64,000 nucleotides of DNA. It comes from Hyalangium minutum (GTDB lineage Bacteria > Myxococcota > Myxococcia > Myxococcales > Myxococcaceae). The notes beneath the pieces were generated by a model. It was given only the letters and a program-made list of their open reading frames with translations, made no database searches and had not been told where the DNA came from. This document shows, one piece after another, positions 33,121 to 42,339 of the stretch (its first letter is position 1; each line of letters starts with the position of its first letter). The translations under genes were made by a program, and so were the position numbers. The stretch lies in assembly GCF_000737315.1 (NCBI RefSeq), contig NZ_JMCB01000017.1:62001-126000 (forward strand), in the 5' to 3' direction.

Positions 33121-35421
33121 ATGAGCGACAAGAGCCTTCGCGTCTACTTCTCCATCCACCACGACGGCCGCCTCACCGGGCGGCTGCTGCCGGCCTGGGC
33201 CCGCTTCTTCGATGAGCCCGGTCCGTCCGCCTACGGCGCCAACGAGGCCGAGGTCTACGCGCTGCTGGAGACGCGCGTGCGGCAGATGCTGCTCGATGAC
33301 GCCTCCGCGATGGAGCGCTTCCTGTGGGAAGAGCCCCTGCAGGCGAAGACGCTCACGGTGGAGATCCACCCCCAGACGACCCACAAGAAGCGGCCCGTGA
33401 TTGGCAAGGCGCTGGTGCCGCTGAAGCTCACGTACGTCTACGGCAAGCTGGAGAGCGGCGCCTACCGCGTGCTGGTGCCTCGCTTCGGCTGGTCGTTCGT
33501 GCTGGAGGAGCTCTCCATTGCGCGCGAGGTGCTGCAGAACGCACTCGCCACGGCGCTGCTCGGTGAGCACCCCAAGGGCCTCTACGACTTCCGCCACGAA
33601 GGCGAGGAGTACGTCCAGAGCTGGGACCCGGGAGGGCTGGAGCCGTCCCAGCGGAACAGCGACACCGAGGAGTCCCATCCGGAGGTGCTCGAGCAGATCG
33701 GCGAGGAGATGACCTCGCGCGCGCTGGGCAGCCGGGCCCCGTCACTGGTCTACGACGCGGACACCCTGGAGCCCTGGCGCGTCTACGTCCTGCGCCAGCC
33801 GCCGCGCTCCATCCTCTTCGTCGGAGGCCCCGGCGTCGGCAAGACGGCGCAGGTGATGAAGATGGCGCGCTGGATCGCGGAGCGGCGGCGCGAGGACAAG
33901 GAGCGGCAGTATCCGAAGATTTGGCGCACCAGTGCCGAGCGCATCGTGGCCGGCATGGTCTACCTGGGCATGTGGCAGGAGCGCTGCCTGAAGATCATCG
34001 ACGCGCTCTCGTACGAGAACCACTACCTCTATGTGGACCGGCTCACCTCGCTGCTGGCGCCGCAACCGGATGGCTCCTCGATTGGCGACTTGCTCCTGCC
34101 CGCCGCGCTCAACGAGGAGATCTCCCTCATCGCCGAGTGCACGGAGGCGGAATTCGAGCGCTGCCAGCGGCGCTTCCCGGAGGCCCTGCGCGCCTTCCGC
34201 GTCATCCGCATGGAGGAGCCCGCCTCCACCCAGATGCCGGAGCTGATGCGGCGCTACCAGGAGACCCGGCGCAGCCGCGTGAGCATTCACCCCATGGGCC
34301 TGCGGCAGCTCGTGGGCCACTTGGAAATGTTCCAGCGCGACACCCTCTTCCCGGGCAAGGCCTTCCGCTTCCTCGACTGGCTGGACCAGCAGGCCGAGCG
34401 CGGCAAGGCCAAGACGCTCTATCCGCGAGACGCCTCGGAGGCCTACGCGCGCTACACCGGCCTGCCCCTGCAGCTCATCAGCGACGAGATCCCCGCCGAG
34501 CAGTCCACGCTCTCGGCGCAGCTCGCTCAAGGCGTCATCGGCCAGGCGCGCGCGTGCGAGCAGGCTGCGGGGGTGCTCTCGCGCTTCAAGGCGGGGCTCA
34601 ATGATCCCGACAAGCCCGTGGGCACGCTGCTCTTCGTGGGCCCCACGGGCGTGGGCAAGACGGAGCTCTCCAAGCAGCTCGCGCGCACGCTCTTCGGCCA
34701 CGAGGACCGGATGATCCGGCTCGACATGTCCGAGTTCATGCTGCCCGGCTCGGCGCAGCGGCTGATGGAGGTGGGCCCCGGCATCACCAGCCTCGCCGAG
34801 CGGGTCCGCCAGCAGCCGATGTCGCTCGTCCTCTTCGATGAAATCGAGAAGGCGCACCCCGAGATCTTCGACTTGCTGCTCGGCATCCTGGGCGAGGGCC
34901 GGCTCACCGACAGCCTCGGGAGGCTGGTGGACTTCCGGATGACGGTCATCTGCATGACGAGCAACCTCGGCGTCGAGCAGTCCGAGCCCATGGGCTACGG
35001 CGCCGAGCGCGGCTCCGGTGACTTCTTGCGCGCCGTGCGCCAGGCGTTCCGGCCAGAGCTCTTCAACCGCATCGATCACGTCATCCCCTTCCGCCGGCTC
35101 TCCGAGGAGGACGTGCTGCGCATCGTTGACCTCGAGCTGGAGAAGGCGGCCTCGCGCGCGGGATTGCTGCGGCGCAAGCTGCGGCTGGTGGTGGAGTCGG
35201 ATGCTCGCGCGTGGCTCGCGCGCCATGGCTATGATCCGAAACTCGGAGCGCGGCCGCTCAAGCGCCTCATCGAAGCCAAGGTGATGGCGCCCATCGCCGT
35301 GAAGCTCTCGGCCGACGCCGCACTCGAAGGCGCCATGCTCCCCGTCGTCGTCGCGGGCAGCCCGGCGGAGCAGCAGCTGGCACCGGACTTCCGCGCGCTC
35401 GCGACCGTGCTCGGCGCGTGA
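33121..35421 (+). CDS. ClpA/B-like double AAA+ protein 3 (no C-terminal extension)
   Basis: D1 GGPGVGKT/LYVDR; D2 GPTGVGKTE/LFDEIEKAHP/FRPELFNRID/YDPKLGARPL; starts 4 nt after the upstream stop. Confidence 0.9.
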   Translation: MSDKSLRVYFSIHHDGRLTGRLLPAWARFFDEPGPSAYGANEAEVYALLETRVRQMLLDDASAMERFLWEEPLQAKTLTVEIHPQTTHKKRPVIGKALVPLKLTYVYGKLESGAYRVLVPRFGWSFVLEELSIAREVLQNALATALLGEHPKGLYDFRHEGEEYVQSWDPGGLEPSQRNSDTEESHPEVLEQIGEEMTSRALGSRAPSLVYDADTLEPWRVYVLRQPPRSILFVGGPGVGKTAQVMKMARWIAERRREDKERQYPKIWRTSAERIVAGMVYLGMWQERCLKIIDALSYENHYLYVDRLTSLLAPQPDGSSIGDLLLPAALNEEISLIAECTEAEFERCQRRFPEALRAFRVIRMEEPASTQMPELMRRYQETRRSRVSIHPMGLRQLVGHLEMFQRDTLFPGKAFRFLDWLDQQAERGKAKTLYPRDASEAYARYTGLPLQLISDEIPAEQSTLSAQLAQGVIGQARACEQAAGVLSRFKAGLNDPDKPVGTLLFVGPTGVGKTELSKQLARTLFGHEDRMIRLDMSEFMLPGSAQRLMEVGPGITSLAERVRQQPMSLVLFDEIEKAHPEIFDLLLGILGEGRLTDSLGRLVDFRMTVICMTSNLGVEQSEPMGYGAERGSGDFLRAVRQAFRPELFNRIDHVIPFRRLSEEDVLRIVDLELEKAASRAGLLRRKLRLVVESDARAWLARHGYDPKLGARPLKRLIEAKVMAPIAVKLSADAALEGAMLPVVVAGSPAEQQLAPDFRALATVLGA

Positions 35422-35634
35422 GTGAAATGTTTCAGTAGCCCGCGAGCCTACGCGAGCGTGGATGCGCCCACCGCAGCGCGCATCCGCGTATCGCGGGAGT
35501 GCCGCGACCACAGCCACTCCCCACATGCAGTGAACACGCGCTGTGCTCCAAGTCGGGTGCGAAGGCGCGCACCCGTTTGCGTTGCGATCGCGATGGAAAC
35601 TTCGCGCCACGAAGTGATGACGCTCGCGCGCAAT

Positions 35635-35648
35635 GATCACCGGTGATC
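35635..35648. promoter_or_regulatory. Perfect 14-bp palindrome, possible operator
   Basis: GATCACCGGTGATC, about 100 nt upstream of the ECF sigma gene. Confidence 0.3.
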
Positions 35649-35745
35649 TTCACGTGATGCAGCAGCGCCATGAATTCGACGTTAGTGTTTTTTGGGGTGT
35701 TTCACGGGTGACCCGGATTCTCCGAGTGCGCACTCCATACCGGCG

Positions 35746-36387
35746 ATGACGAGCACGGCTCCAGAGGCAGTAGGTAGGAGACTCGCCACCGAGGCGCTCC
35801 GCGGAGGCGCGCCCGTGCTGGAGCGTGAAGAGGTGGAGTCGCTGCTGGTGGAGTTGTTGCCCCGCGTGCGCAACCTGGTGCGCTACCTGGTGCGCGGGAA
35901 CTCGGATGTGGATGACATCGCACAGGAAGCGCTCATCGCCCTGCTGCTCGGGCTGCCGACATACCGTGGAGATGGACTGTTGCGCTCGTGGGCGGATCGC
36001 GTGGTGACGCGCACCACGTTCACGTGGCTCAAGCGCATGCGGGACAGCCACTCGCCGCGACTCGATGAGCCCGAGGTGCTGGTGTCCGTGGCCTCCTCGG
36101 ATGCACCGTTGGATGAGTACGTCCACCGTCAGCACCTGGTGATGCTGCTGGACCGGCTCCCCAACGAACAACGGCACTTGCTGGTGCTCCACCACGTGCT
36201 GGAGATGAGCGTGCCGGAGATCGCTGCGGAGCTCGGGATCCCCTTCGAGACCGTGCGCAGCCGGCTCCGCTTGGGCCGTGCTGCGCTGCGGGCCCTGGCG
36301 GCGGAGGAGGAGTCCGAGAAGGTGGCGCTCCCCTTGGTGCGGCTCCAAGCCGCGCACGCACTCGCGGATCCTCTGCTCTCTCGATAA
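35746..36387 (+). CDS. ECF RNA polymerase sigma factor
   Basis: DVDDIAQEALI, LRSWADRV, LDRLPNEQRHLLVLHHVLEMSVPEIA...TVRSRLRLGR. Confidence 0.9.
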   Translation: MTSTAPEAVGRRLATEALRGGAPVLEREEVESLLVELLPRVRNLVRYLVRGNSDVDDIAQEALIALLLGLPTYRGDGLLRSWADRVVTRTTFTWLKRMRDSHSPRLDEPEVLVSVASSDAPLDEYVHRQHLVMLLDRLPNEQRHLLVLHHVLEMSVPEIAAELGIPFETVRSRLRLGRAALRALAAEEESEKVALPLVRLQAAHALADPLLSR

Positions 36388-36544
36388 TCCGAGCGCGCGC
36401 GAAATTTCCAATCGCTTCTCGATTTCTTAAAGCGCGTTAACCCGATTTACCCGCTTGCGGCCACCAGTACGGATGCGCTCTCCGCGCAACCCAGCGCTCG
36501 CTCTTCGAGCTCCGCGCTTGGGCTCCCCTCACTGGAGAAGCCAC

Positions 36545-38473
36545 ATGCGACTCTCCTTCGCGGAACGAAAGTTCTCTCTCTCTGCACTCTCTCTTGGGCT
36601 CGGCCTCGTGGTGACGCTGAGCACCTCCACCGCCATGGCGGCGGATGGGTGCACCTTCACATCCACCAACACCTGGGCCACCGGTTACTGCGCGGAGCTG
36701 CGCGTGACCAACGCCACGGGCTCCAATCTCCAAGGCTGGACCGCCACGTTCCAGTCGGCGCCCGGGATGACGGTCACCTCGCTGTGGAACGGCAGCTGGA
36801 CAGTCGAGGGCTCGCTGAACAAGGTGACGAGCCAGGACTGGAACGGAGCCGTGCTCGCGGGCGGCGTGGCCACGTTCGGCTTCTGCGGCACACACAGTGG
36901 CACGGTCATCCCTCCTGTGAGCTGCACGCTGAGCGGATCATCGGGTGGCAATACGCCTCCGCCCAACCCTCCGGCGGACACACAAGCGCCCTCCGTGGTG
37001 ACGGGGCTGAGTGTCCTGGCGAAGGCGCCGCGGAGCGTGGACCTGGCATGGCAGCCGTCCACGGACAACGTGGGCGTCACCGGCTACGAGGTGTTCCTCA
37101 GCAATGTGAGCACGCCGGTCGCCACGCTCACGGGCACGAGCGCGAGCGTGACGGGATTGACGCCAGGCACGGCGTACACCTTCACGGTGAAGGCGCGGGA
37201 TGCGGCGGGCAATCGCTCCGCTGCCAGCTCGCCGCTCACGGTGACGACACCGAGCCCCAAGAAGCTCGTGGGCTACTTCATCCGGTGGGGCGTGTACGGG
37301 CGCGCCTTCTATCCGAAGACGCTGGATACGAACGGCACGGCGGCGAAGCTGACGCACCTCAACTACGCGTTCGGCAACGTGGTGAACGGCAAGTGCGGCA
37401 TCTTGCCGTCCCCGCTGGGGGATTCGTGGGCCGACTACCAGATGGACTTCGACGCGGCCAAGAGCGTGGACGGCGTGGCGGACCTCTGGAGCCAGCCGCT
37501 CAAGGGCAATTTCAACCAGCTGCGGAAGTTGAAGGCGAAGTATCCGAACCTGAAGGTGCTCATCTCGCTGGGCGGCTGGACGTGGTCCGGGGGTATCTCG
37601 GATGCGGTGAGCACGCCGGAGAAGCGGCAGGCGTTCGTGCAGTCCTGCATCGACCTCTACATCCGCGGCAACATTCCGGGGCTGCCAGCCGGAGCGGCAG
37701 CGGGCGTCTTCGACGGCATTGATATCGACTGGGAGTTCCCTGTCTCGGGAGGGCTGGTGCCAGGCCGTCCGGAGGACACGGTGAACTACACGGCGGCGCT
37801 GGCCGAGTTCCGCCGCCAGTTGGATGCGGTGCGTCCGGGTCTGCAGCTGAGCATCGCCACGCCCTCGGCGCCCGGGAACTACTCGAAGATCGAGCTCGGC
37901 CGCGTCCACGCGTACCTCGATCACCTCAATGTGATGACGTACGACATGCACGGAGCCTGGGACTCGAAGGCGAACTTCCATTCGGCGCTCTACAACCAGA
38001 CCGCGAACCCGGACAAGGCGCGGCGAGACAGCACGCAGGAGGCCGTGCAGGGCCATCTGGCCGCGGGCGTGCCGGCGAGCAAGCTCGTCGTGGGCGTGCC
38101 CTTCTACGGCCGAGGCTGGCAGGGGACTCAGGCGGGCCCGGCGGGAGACGGCCTGTACCAGTCCACGTGGGGGGCGGCGTGGGGCAACTCGGACGACGTG
38201 ACGACGGGCGCCACGGGCCTCTTCGACTACTTCTACATCCGCAACGTGCTGGAGAGCACGGGCGTGAAGCGGCGGCATCCTGAAGCCCAGGTGCCCTACA
38301 TCTACAACCCATCCACGGGGCTGTGGCTGAGCTACGACGACCCTGTCTCGATGGGCGTCAAGGGCGACTACATCCTGAACAACAACCTGGGTGGCGCGAT
38401 GATCTGGGAGCTGAGCGGGGATGATCCCCAGGGCTCGCTCCTCACCGCCCTCAAGAGCAAGCTGAACCCTTGA
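36545..38473 (+). CDS. Secreted GH18 chitinase with CBM2-like and FnIII domains
   Basis: Signal peptide; WATGY...WNG CBM2-like domain; FnIII WQPSTDNVGVTGY; LTHLNYAFG, ISLGGW, FDGIDIDWEFP catalytic DxDxE; GGAMIWELSGD. Confidence 0.95.
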   Translation: MRLSFAERKFSLSALSLGLGLVVTLSTSTAMAADGCTFTSTNTWATGYCAELRVTNATGSNLQGWTATFQSAPGMTVTSLWNGSWTVEGSLNKVTSQDWNGAVLAGGVATFGFCGTHSGTVIPPVSCTLSGSSGGNTPPPNPPADTQAPSVVTGLSVLAKAPRSVDLAWQPSTDNVGVTGYEVFLSNVSTPVATLTGTSASVTGLTPGTAYTFTVKARDAAGNRSAASSPLTVTTPSPKKLVGYFIRWGVYGRAFYPKTLDTNGTAAKLTHLNYAFGNVVNGKCGILPSPLGDSWADYQMDFDAAKSVDGVADLWSQPLKGNFNQLRKLKAKYPNLKVLISLGGWTWSGGISDAVSTPEKRQAFVQSCIDLYIRGNIPGLPAGAAAGVFDGIDIDWEFPVSGGLVPGRPEDTVNYTAALAEFRRQLDAVRPGLQLSIATPSAPGNYSKIELGRVHAYLDHLNVMTYDMHGAWDSKANFHSALYNQTANPDKARRDSTQEAVQGHLAAGVPASKLVVGVPFYGRGWQGTQAGPAGDGLYQSTWGAAWGNSDDVTTGATGLFDYFYIRNVLESTGVKRRHPEAQVPYIYNPSTGLWLSYDDPVSMGVKGDYILNNNLGGAMIWELSGDDPQGSLLTALKSKLNP

Positions 38474-38533
38474 CCCGCTGGGGATGAGGATGCGGACAAT
38501 GCCGGACACGGGTTCCGAGCATTGAGGTAACAG

Positions 38534-39937
38534 ATGAGCAAGCCCGCCAGCCGGGCACGACAAGCGGTGTGGCGGGCCATCAGTGCCTCTGGGGTCAGCC
38601 GGCCTCTGCGGGCACTGCTCGTGCTGGTGGCGCTCGCGTATCTGACTGGCTGCGCGTCCAGCACGTCCGCGAGCAGGCCTCCAACATTCCCGCCCAGAGC
38701 CGCCCTGTCCGACTGCAACGAGGGCTGCGGCGGCTCGGGGTTCTGGGGGAAGAGGGATGACTTCCAGTTCCTCCAGCAGGCCGCTGGGCTGAAAGAGGAC
38801 ACCTGGCACAAGGCCGGAGAAGAGCTGGAGACAGAGGACGCGCAGACGCTCTGGGAGGCGCTGGCGCGGACGGGGACGACGCTCCAGAGCTTCGGTCCGC
38901 GCCGCTGTCTCGTCTTCGTCCTGCGAGAGGTGCTCTCCCGGGATGAGGACGTGCCCTATTCCAAGCTGTTGGAGCGCTTGCGCCCCTTCAACTTCCTGGC
39001 GGTGATGCGCCCGGATGGGTACCTGGTCAGCGCTATCACGGGCCACCCACTTCAGCGCATGGGCCGGGTGGAATTGCGCGAGGGCAGGCTCATGGCCGGC
39101 GCCTTCGAAGTGGGCGCCTTCTACCGAGGCAAGAGCGGTGTCTTCTACACCGTGGGCTCATCGCTCAGCGAGTCAGGAGCCATGGTGGGAGAGCTGGCCC
39201 TGGAGCGGGACTGGTTCAACGCCGCGCTGGATGGAAGTGAGGACGCATTGGGGGAGATGGCTCAGGCGCTCGCCGGGCTCATCCATGACCCCATCCGGAG
39301 TCTGAAGGGGCTCGAGCAACTGCCGTCCGCGGTCGCTGCCCTCATTGCATCTTCCCCTGAATACTTCGCGCACTACTCCGCCCTGCCCTTGCAGGAGCAG
39401 ATCCGCGAAGCCGCCCGGTTATCCACCCACCTGCTCATGCTCTACGGCAGCTCGGCGGGGGCGGCCACACGCCTGGGAATGACAGGGGCAAAGCTGCCGG
39501 TGCTGTCACTCACAGCCGAGGGGGCGCTCGCGATCGAGCAGGTGGCGGTGCCCGTGGGCACCACAGCGGCGGCGCTGGGCACCGGCGCGGGTGCGGTCTA
39601 CGTCCTCATGAAGCCCCCCGCTGATGGCTTCAAGTCCTTCACGGAGGACAACTTCCGGGAGAACCTCGCGCGGCTGACAGGGCAGACACCTCCAGGGGCC
39701 CATGCTCACCACGTGTTTCCTCAGCAGTTCGCAAGAGAATTTCGAGAAGCAGGAATCAACATCCACGATCCGAAGTTCGGCGCTTGGTGGGAACGTTCGA
39801 GCCATCTCAAGAACTCAGCCGCCTACAACAGGCTATGGCGAGAGCTTCTGGATAGAGAACCTCCTCCTACCCTCCATGAGCTGCTCCGATTCGGAAGAGA
39901 GCTGGGACACAAGTATGGATTTCAGGTCCACTACTAA
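38534..39937 (+). CDS. SitA-like polymorphic lipoprotein toxin with C-terminal DUF2380-like (His-rich, HNH-like) tip
   Basis: Lipobox LTGC-ASS; RPDGYLV delivery-type region; tip NFRENLARLTG...AHAHHVFPQ. Confidence 0.75.
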   Translation: MSKPASRARQAVWRAISASGVSRPLRALLVLVALAYLTGCASSTSASRPPTFPPRAALSDCNEGCGGSGFWGKRDDFQFLQQAAGLKEDTWHKAGEELETEDAQTLWEALARTGTTLQSFGPRRCLVFVLREVLSRDEDVPYSKLLERLRPFNFLAVMRPDGYLVSAITGHPLQRMGRVELREGRLMAGAFEVGAFYRGKSGVFYTVGSSLSESGAMVGELALERDWFNAALDGSEDALGEMAQALAGLIHDPIRSLKGLEQLPSAVAALIASSPEYFAHYSALPLQEQIREAARLSTHLLMLYGSSAGAATRLGMTGAKLPVLSLTAEGALAIEQVAVPVGTTAAALGTGAGAVYVLMKPPADGFKSFTEDNFRENLARLTGQTPPGAHAHHVFPQQFAREFREAGINIHDPKFGAWWERSSHLKNSAAYNRLWRELLDREPPPTLHELLRFGRELGHKYGFQVHY

Positions 39938-40520
39938 GACATTTCCGGGCTTCGACAAGCTATTCCAATGGACGGAGTCAGGGGGCAGCCGAGCATTCCG
40001 CGGAGACCTTGATGTGGGGACGCGTGAAGAAGCCGTCGGGCTGCATCGTGCCGAACTGCACCCCAAACACCCCATCCAAGTTCGATGGGCCATGGGAAGC
40101 GCTCAGCCTGTCGAAGTGATCTGGGCGACGTATGCAGCCCCGATCATCGTCTCTGATTCCGTCGTTCATCTGCTCCGGTCTCACAGCTTTACCGGATGGT
40201 CTCTCTACGACGTCACCGTCCATGGCAAGCAGGGTGAACTGCTCCCCGGCTACCACGGTCTGGCCATCACCGGCCGGTGCGGAGCCATCGACTGGTCCAA
40301 GGGGCTCGCGGAGCCCAAGGTCTATCCGGCTCGCGTCTCCACTGTGTGGAAAGGGCTCTTCTTCGATCCCGCCTCCTGGGATGGCTCCGACCTCTTCGTG
40401 CCCACCAATGGGAACTACGTGTGCGTAGTCGAAGCCGTCAAGAAGGCCGTCAAGAAGGCCAAGGTCCGGAACGCGGTCTTCGAAGCGCTCGACCAGTTCG
40501 AGCGCTCCTGGGACCTCTGA
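39915..40520 (+). CDS. Probable cognate immunity protein (Imm11/SitI-like)
   Basis: Overlaps the toxin 3' end by 23 nt; IVSDSV, FTGW, WDGSDLF motifs. Confidence 0.7.
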   Translation: MDFRSTTKTFPGFDKLFQWTESGGSRAFRGDLDVGTREEAVGLHRAELHPKHPIQVRWAMGSAQPVEVIWATYAAPIIVSDSVVHLLRSHSFTGWSLYDVTVHGKQGELLPGYHGLAITGRCGAIDWSKGLAEPKVYPARVSTVWKGLFFDPASWDGSDLFVPTNGNYVCVVEAVKKAVKKAKVRNAVFEALDQFERSWDL

Positions 40521-40524
40521 CGCC

Positions 40525-42276
40525 TCAGCGCTCCTCGAGCAGCATCTTCAACTCGCGCACGCGCCGGGTGACTTCGTCCCGGTCCAGCTTGCGGAACTCC
40601 TCGGGGAGCAGCTCGCGGCTGGTGCACTCCTGCACCGCCACCAGGTTCTGCAGCTCGATCTCCAGCGGGTAGCTCGGCGGGATGAAGTCCGCCAGCACCG
40701 CCTTCAAGTCATCCACGGACACCTGCTCGCGGCCCTCGGCCAGCGCCTTGAACTTGGCGCGCACCATCACCGCCTCGATGTCCGCGCCGCTGAACTGGCG
40801 CGTCCCCTGCGGAATCAGCGACGCGAACGACGGCACATCCACCGTGACGCCCGTCTTCTTCTGCATCACCTTGAAGAGCTCGTCGCGCTCCGCGTCCGTC
40901 TGCGGATAGAAGAGCGCCAGGTGCTCCTCCGCGCGCCCCTGCCGCTTCAAGTCGATCGGCAGCAGGTCCGGCCGCGCCGTCATCAGGAACCAGACGATCT
41001 TCCCGCGGTACTGCGTGTTGCCCATGAACGAGGCAATCGAGCCGAACACGCGGCTGCTCGTCCCCGAGTCCCCGCCGGAATCACGGTTGCCCAGGAACGT
41101 GTCCGCCTCGTCCACCATCACCGCCACCGGCCACAGCGCCTTGAGCAGCGTGAAGATGCGCTCCAGGTTCGACTCCGTGACGCCCTGCCACTGGCTCCGG
41201 AAGTTGAGGAACTTCACCGCCGGGATGCCAATCTCTCCGGCGAAGCTCGTCACCATGAACGTCTTGCCCGTGCCCACCGGGCCGCTGATGAGGTAGCCCA
41301 TGGGCATCACCTCGTTGCGGCCCTTCTTCAGGGCGTTGGCGGCGTGGCGCAGCATCTCCTTCGCCTTGCCATGGCCCGCCACCGAGTCCAGGTTGTTGTT
41401 GGGCTCGATGAACTCCAGCAGGCCGTGGCACTCCGCCTGGATGATCTCCTTCTTCTTCTCCTTGAGCTGCTCGGTCGTGACGCGGATGTCCCGCTCGATG
41501 GCCTCGGTCAGCACCCGGTCCAGGTTGATGCGCGACAGGCCCGCCGTCATCTTCGCCAGGGCCGCCAGCGGCACGTCCGACACGGACTGCAGCTTCTTGC
41601 CCTCCAGCTTGTACCGCACGTAATCCAGCCGCTCCTCCTCGGTGGGCAGCGGCAGCTCGATGGGCGCCACGTACGGGTTGCGCGAGATGCGCGGAGAGAT
41701 GTCCGCCAGGTTCTCCGCCAGCAGCACCACGGAGATGTCGTTGGACAGGAAGTTCGGATCGTGCGCCCACTTGTCCAGCGTGGCCACCACGAAGCGGTCC
41801 TCCGCCGACAGGTGGCTCATCTCCCCGCCCGGCACCAGCGTCTCCGCGAAGTCGATGATGAGCGCCATCGACTTGCCCTCGCTCAGGCGGATCCGCAGGA
41901 AGTTCTCCAGAATCTGGAGCGCCCGGCCCGGATCCCTCGGCAGCGACTTGGCGTAGTCCGTGCCATACATGGCGTCGTAGCCCGTCATCGCCCGCTGCAG
42001 GTCCTTCTGCGTCTCCGGCGACGAGGCGCGGATGCCGGACGAGCGGTCGTAGAAGATGACGTGGTCACGCCCGCCGAAGAGCTCCTCGGCCAGGAACGTC
42101 TTGATGGTGCCGTAGCCCCGGCTGCCGTCCTCCTGGGTAAGGGGCTGCAAGTCCCTCACCGCCCCGTAGAGCAGGAAGGTGGCCACGGTCTTCGTGTAGT
42201 ACTTCTGGGCCAGCTTCTGGGCCCAGCGAGGCAGATCGGACAGCGGATCCGACTTGTTCTTGCGCGCTTTGCTCAC
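40525..42276 (-). CDS. AAA family ATPase (degenerate N-terminal AAA plus active classical AAA domain)
   Basis: GPVGTGKT, SQWQG pore loop, VMVDEAD, TARPDLLPIDLKRQGR; GTG start with GGAGG RBS. Confidence 0.9.
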   Translation of the reverse strand: MSKARKNKSDPLSDLPRWAQKLAQKYYTKTVATFLLYGAVRDLQPLTQEDGSRGYGTIKTFLAEELFGGRDHVIFYDRSSGIRASSPETQKDLQRAMTGYDAMYGTDYAKSLPRDPGRALQILENFLRIRLSEGKSMALIIDFAETLVPGGEMSHLSAEDRFVVATLDKWAHDPNFLSNDISVVLLAENLADISPRISRNPYVAPIELPLPTEEERLDYVRYKLEGKKLQSVSDVPLAALAKMTAGLSRINLDRVLTEAIERDIRVTTEQLKEKKKEIIQAECHGLLEFIEPNNNLDSVAGHGKAKEMLRHAANALKKGRNEVMPMGYLISGPVGTGKTFMVTSFAGEIGIPAVKFLNFRSQWQGVTESNLERIFTLLKALWPVAVMVDEADTFLGNRDSGGDSGTSSRVFGSIASFMGNTQYRGKIVWFLMTARPDLLPIDLKRQGRAEEHLALFYPQTDAERDELFKVMQKKTGVTVDVPSFASLIPQGTRQFSGADIEAVMVRAKFKALAEGREQVSVDDLKAVLADFIPPSYPLEIELQNLVAVQECTSRELLPEEFRKLDRDEVTRRVRELKMLLEER

Positions 42277-42339
42277 GGACAAACGTCCCTCCGCCCCTAT
42301 GGCAGGGGCCCCAGTGCCCACCCGGCGGGGCAGGCGCGG

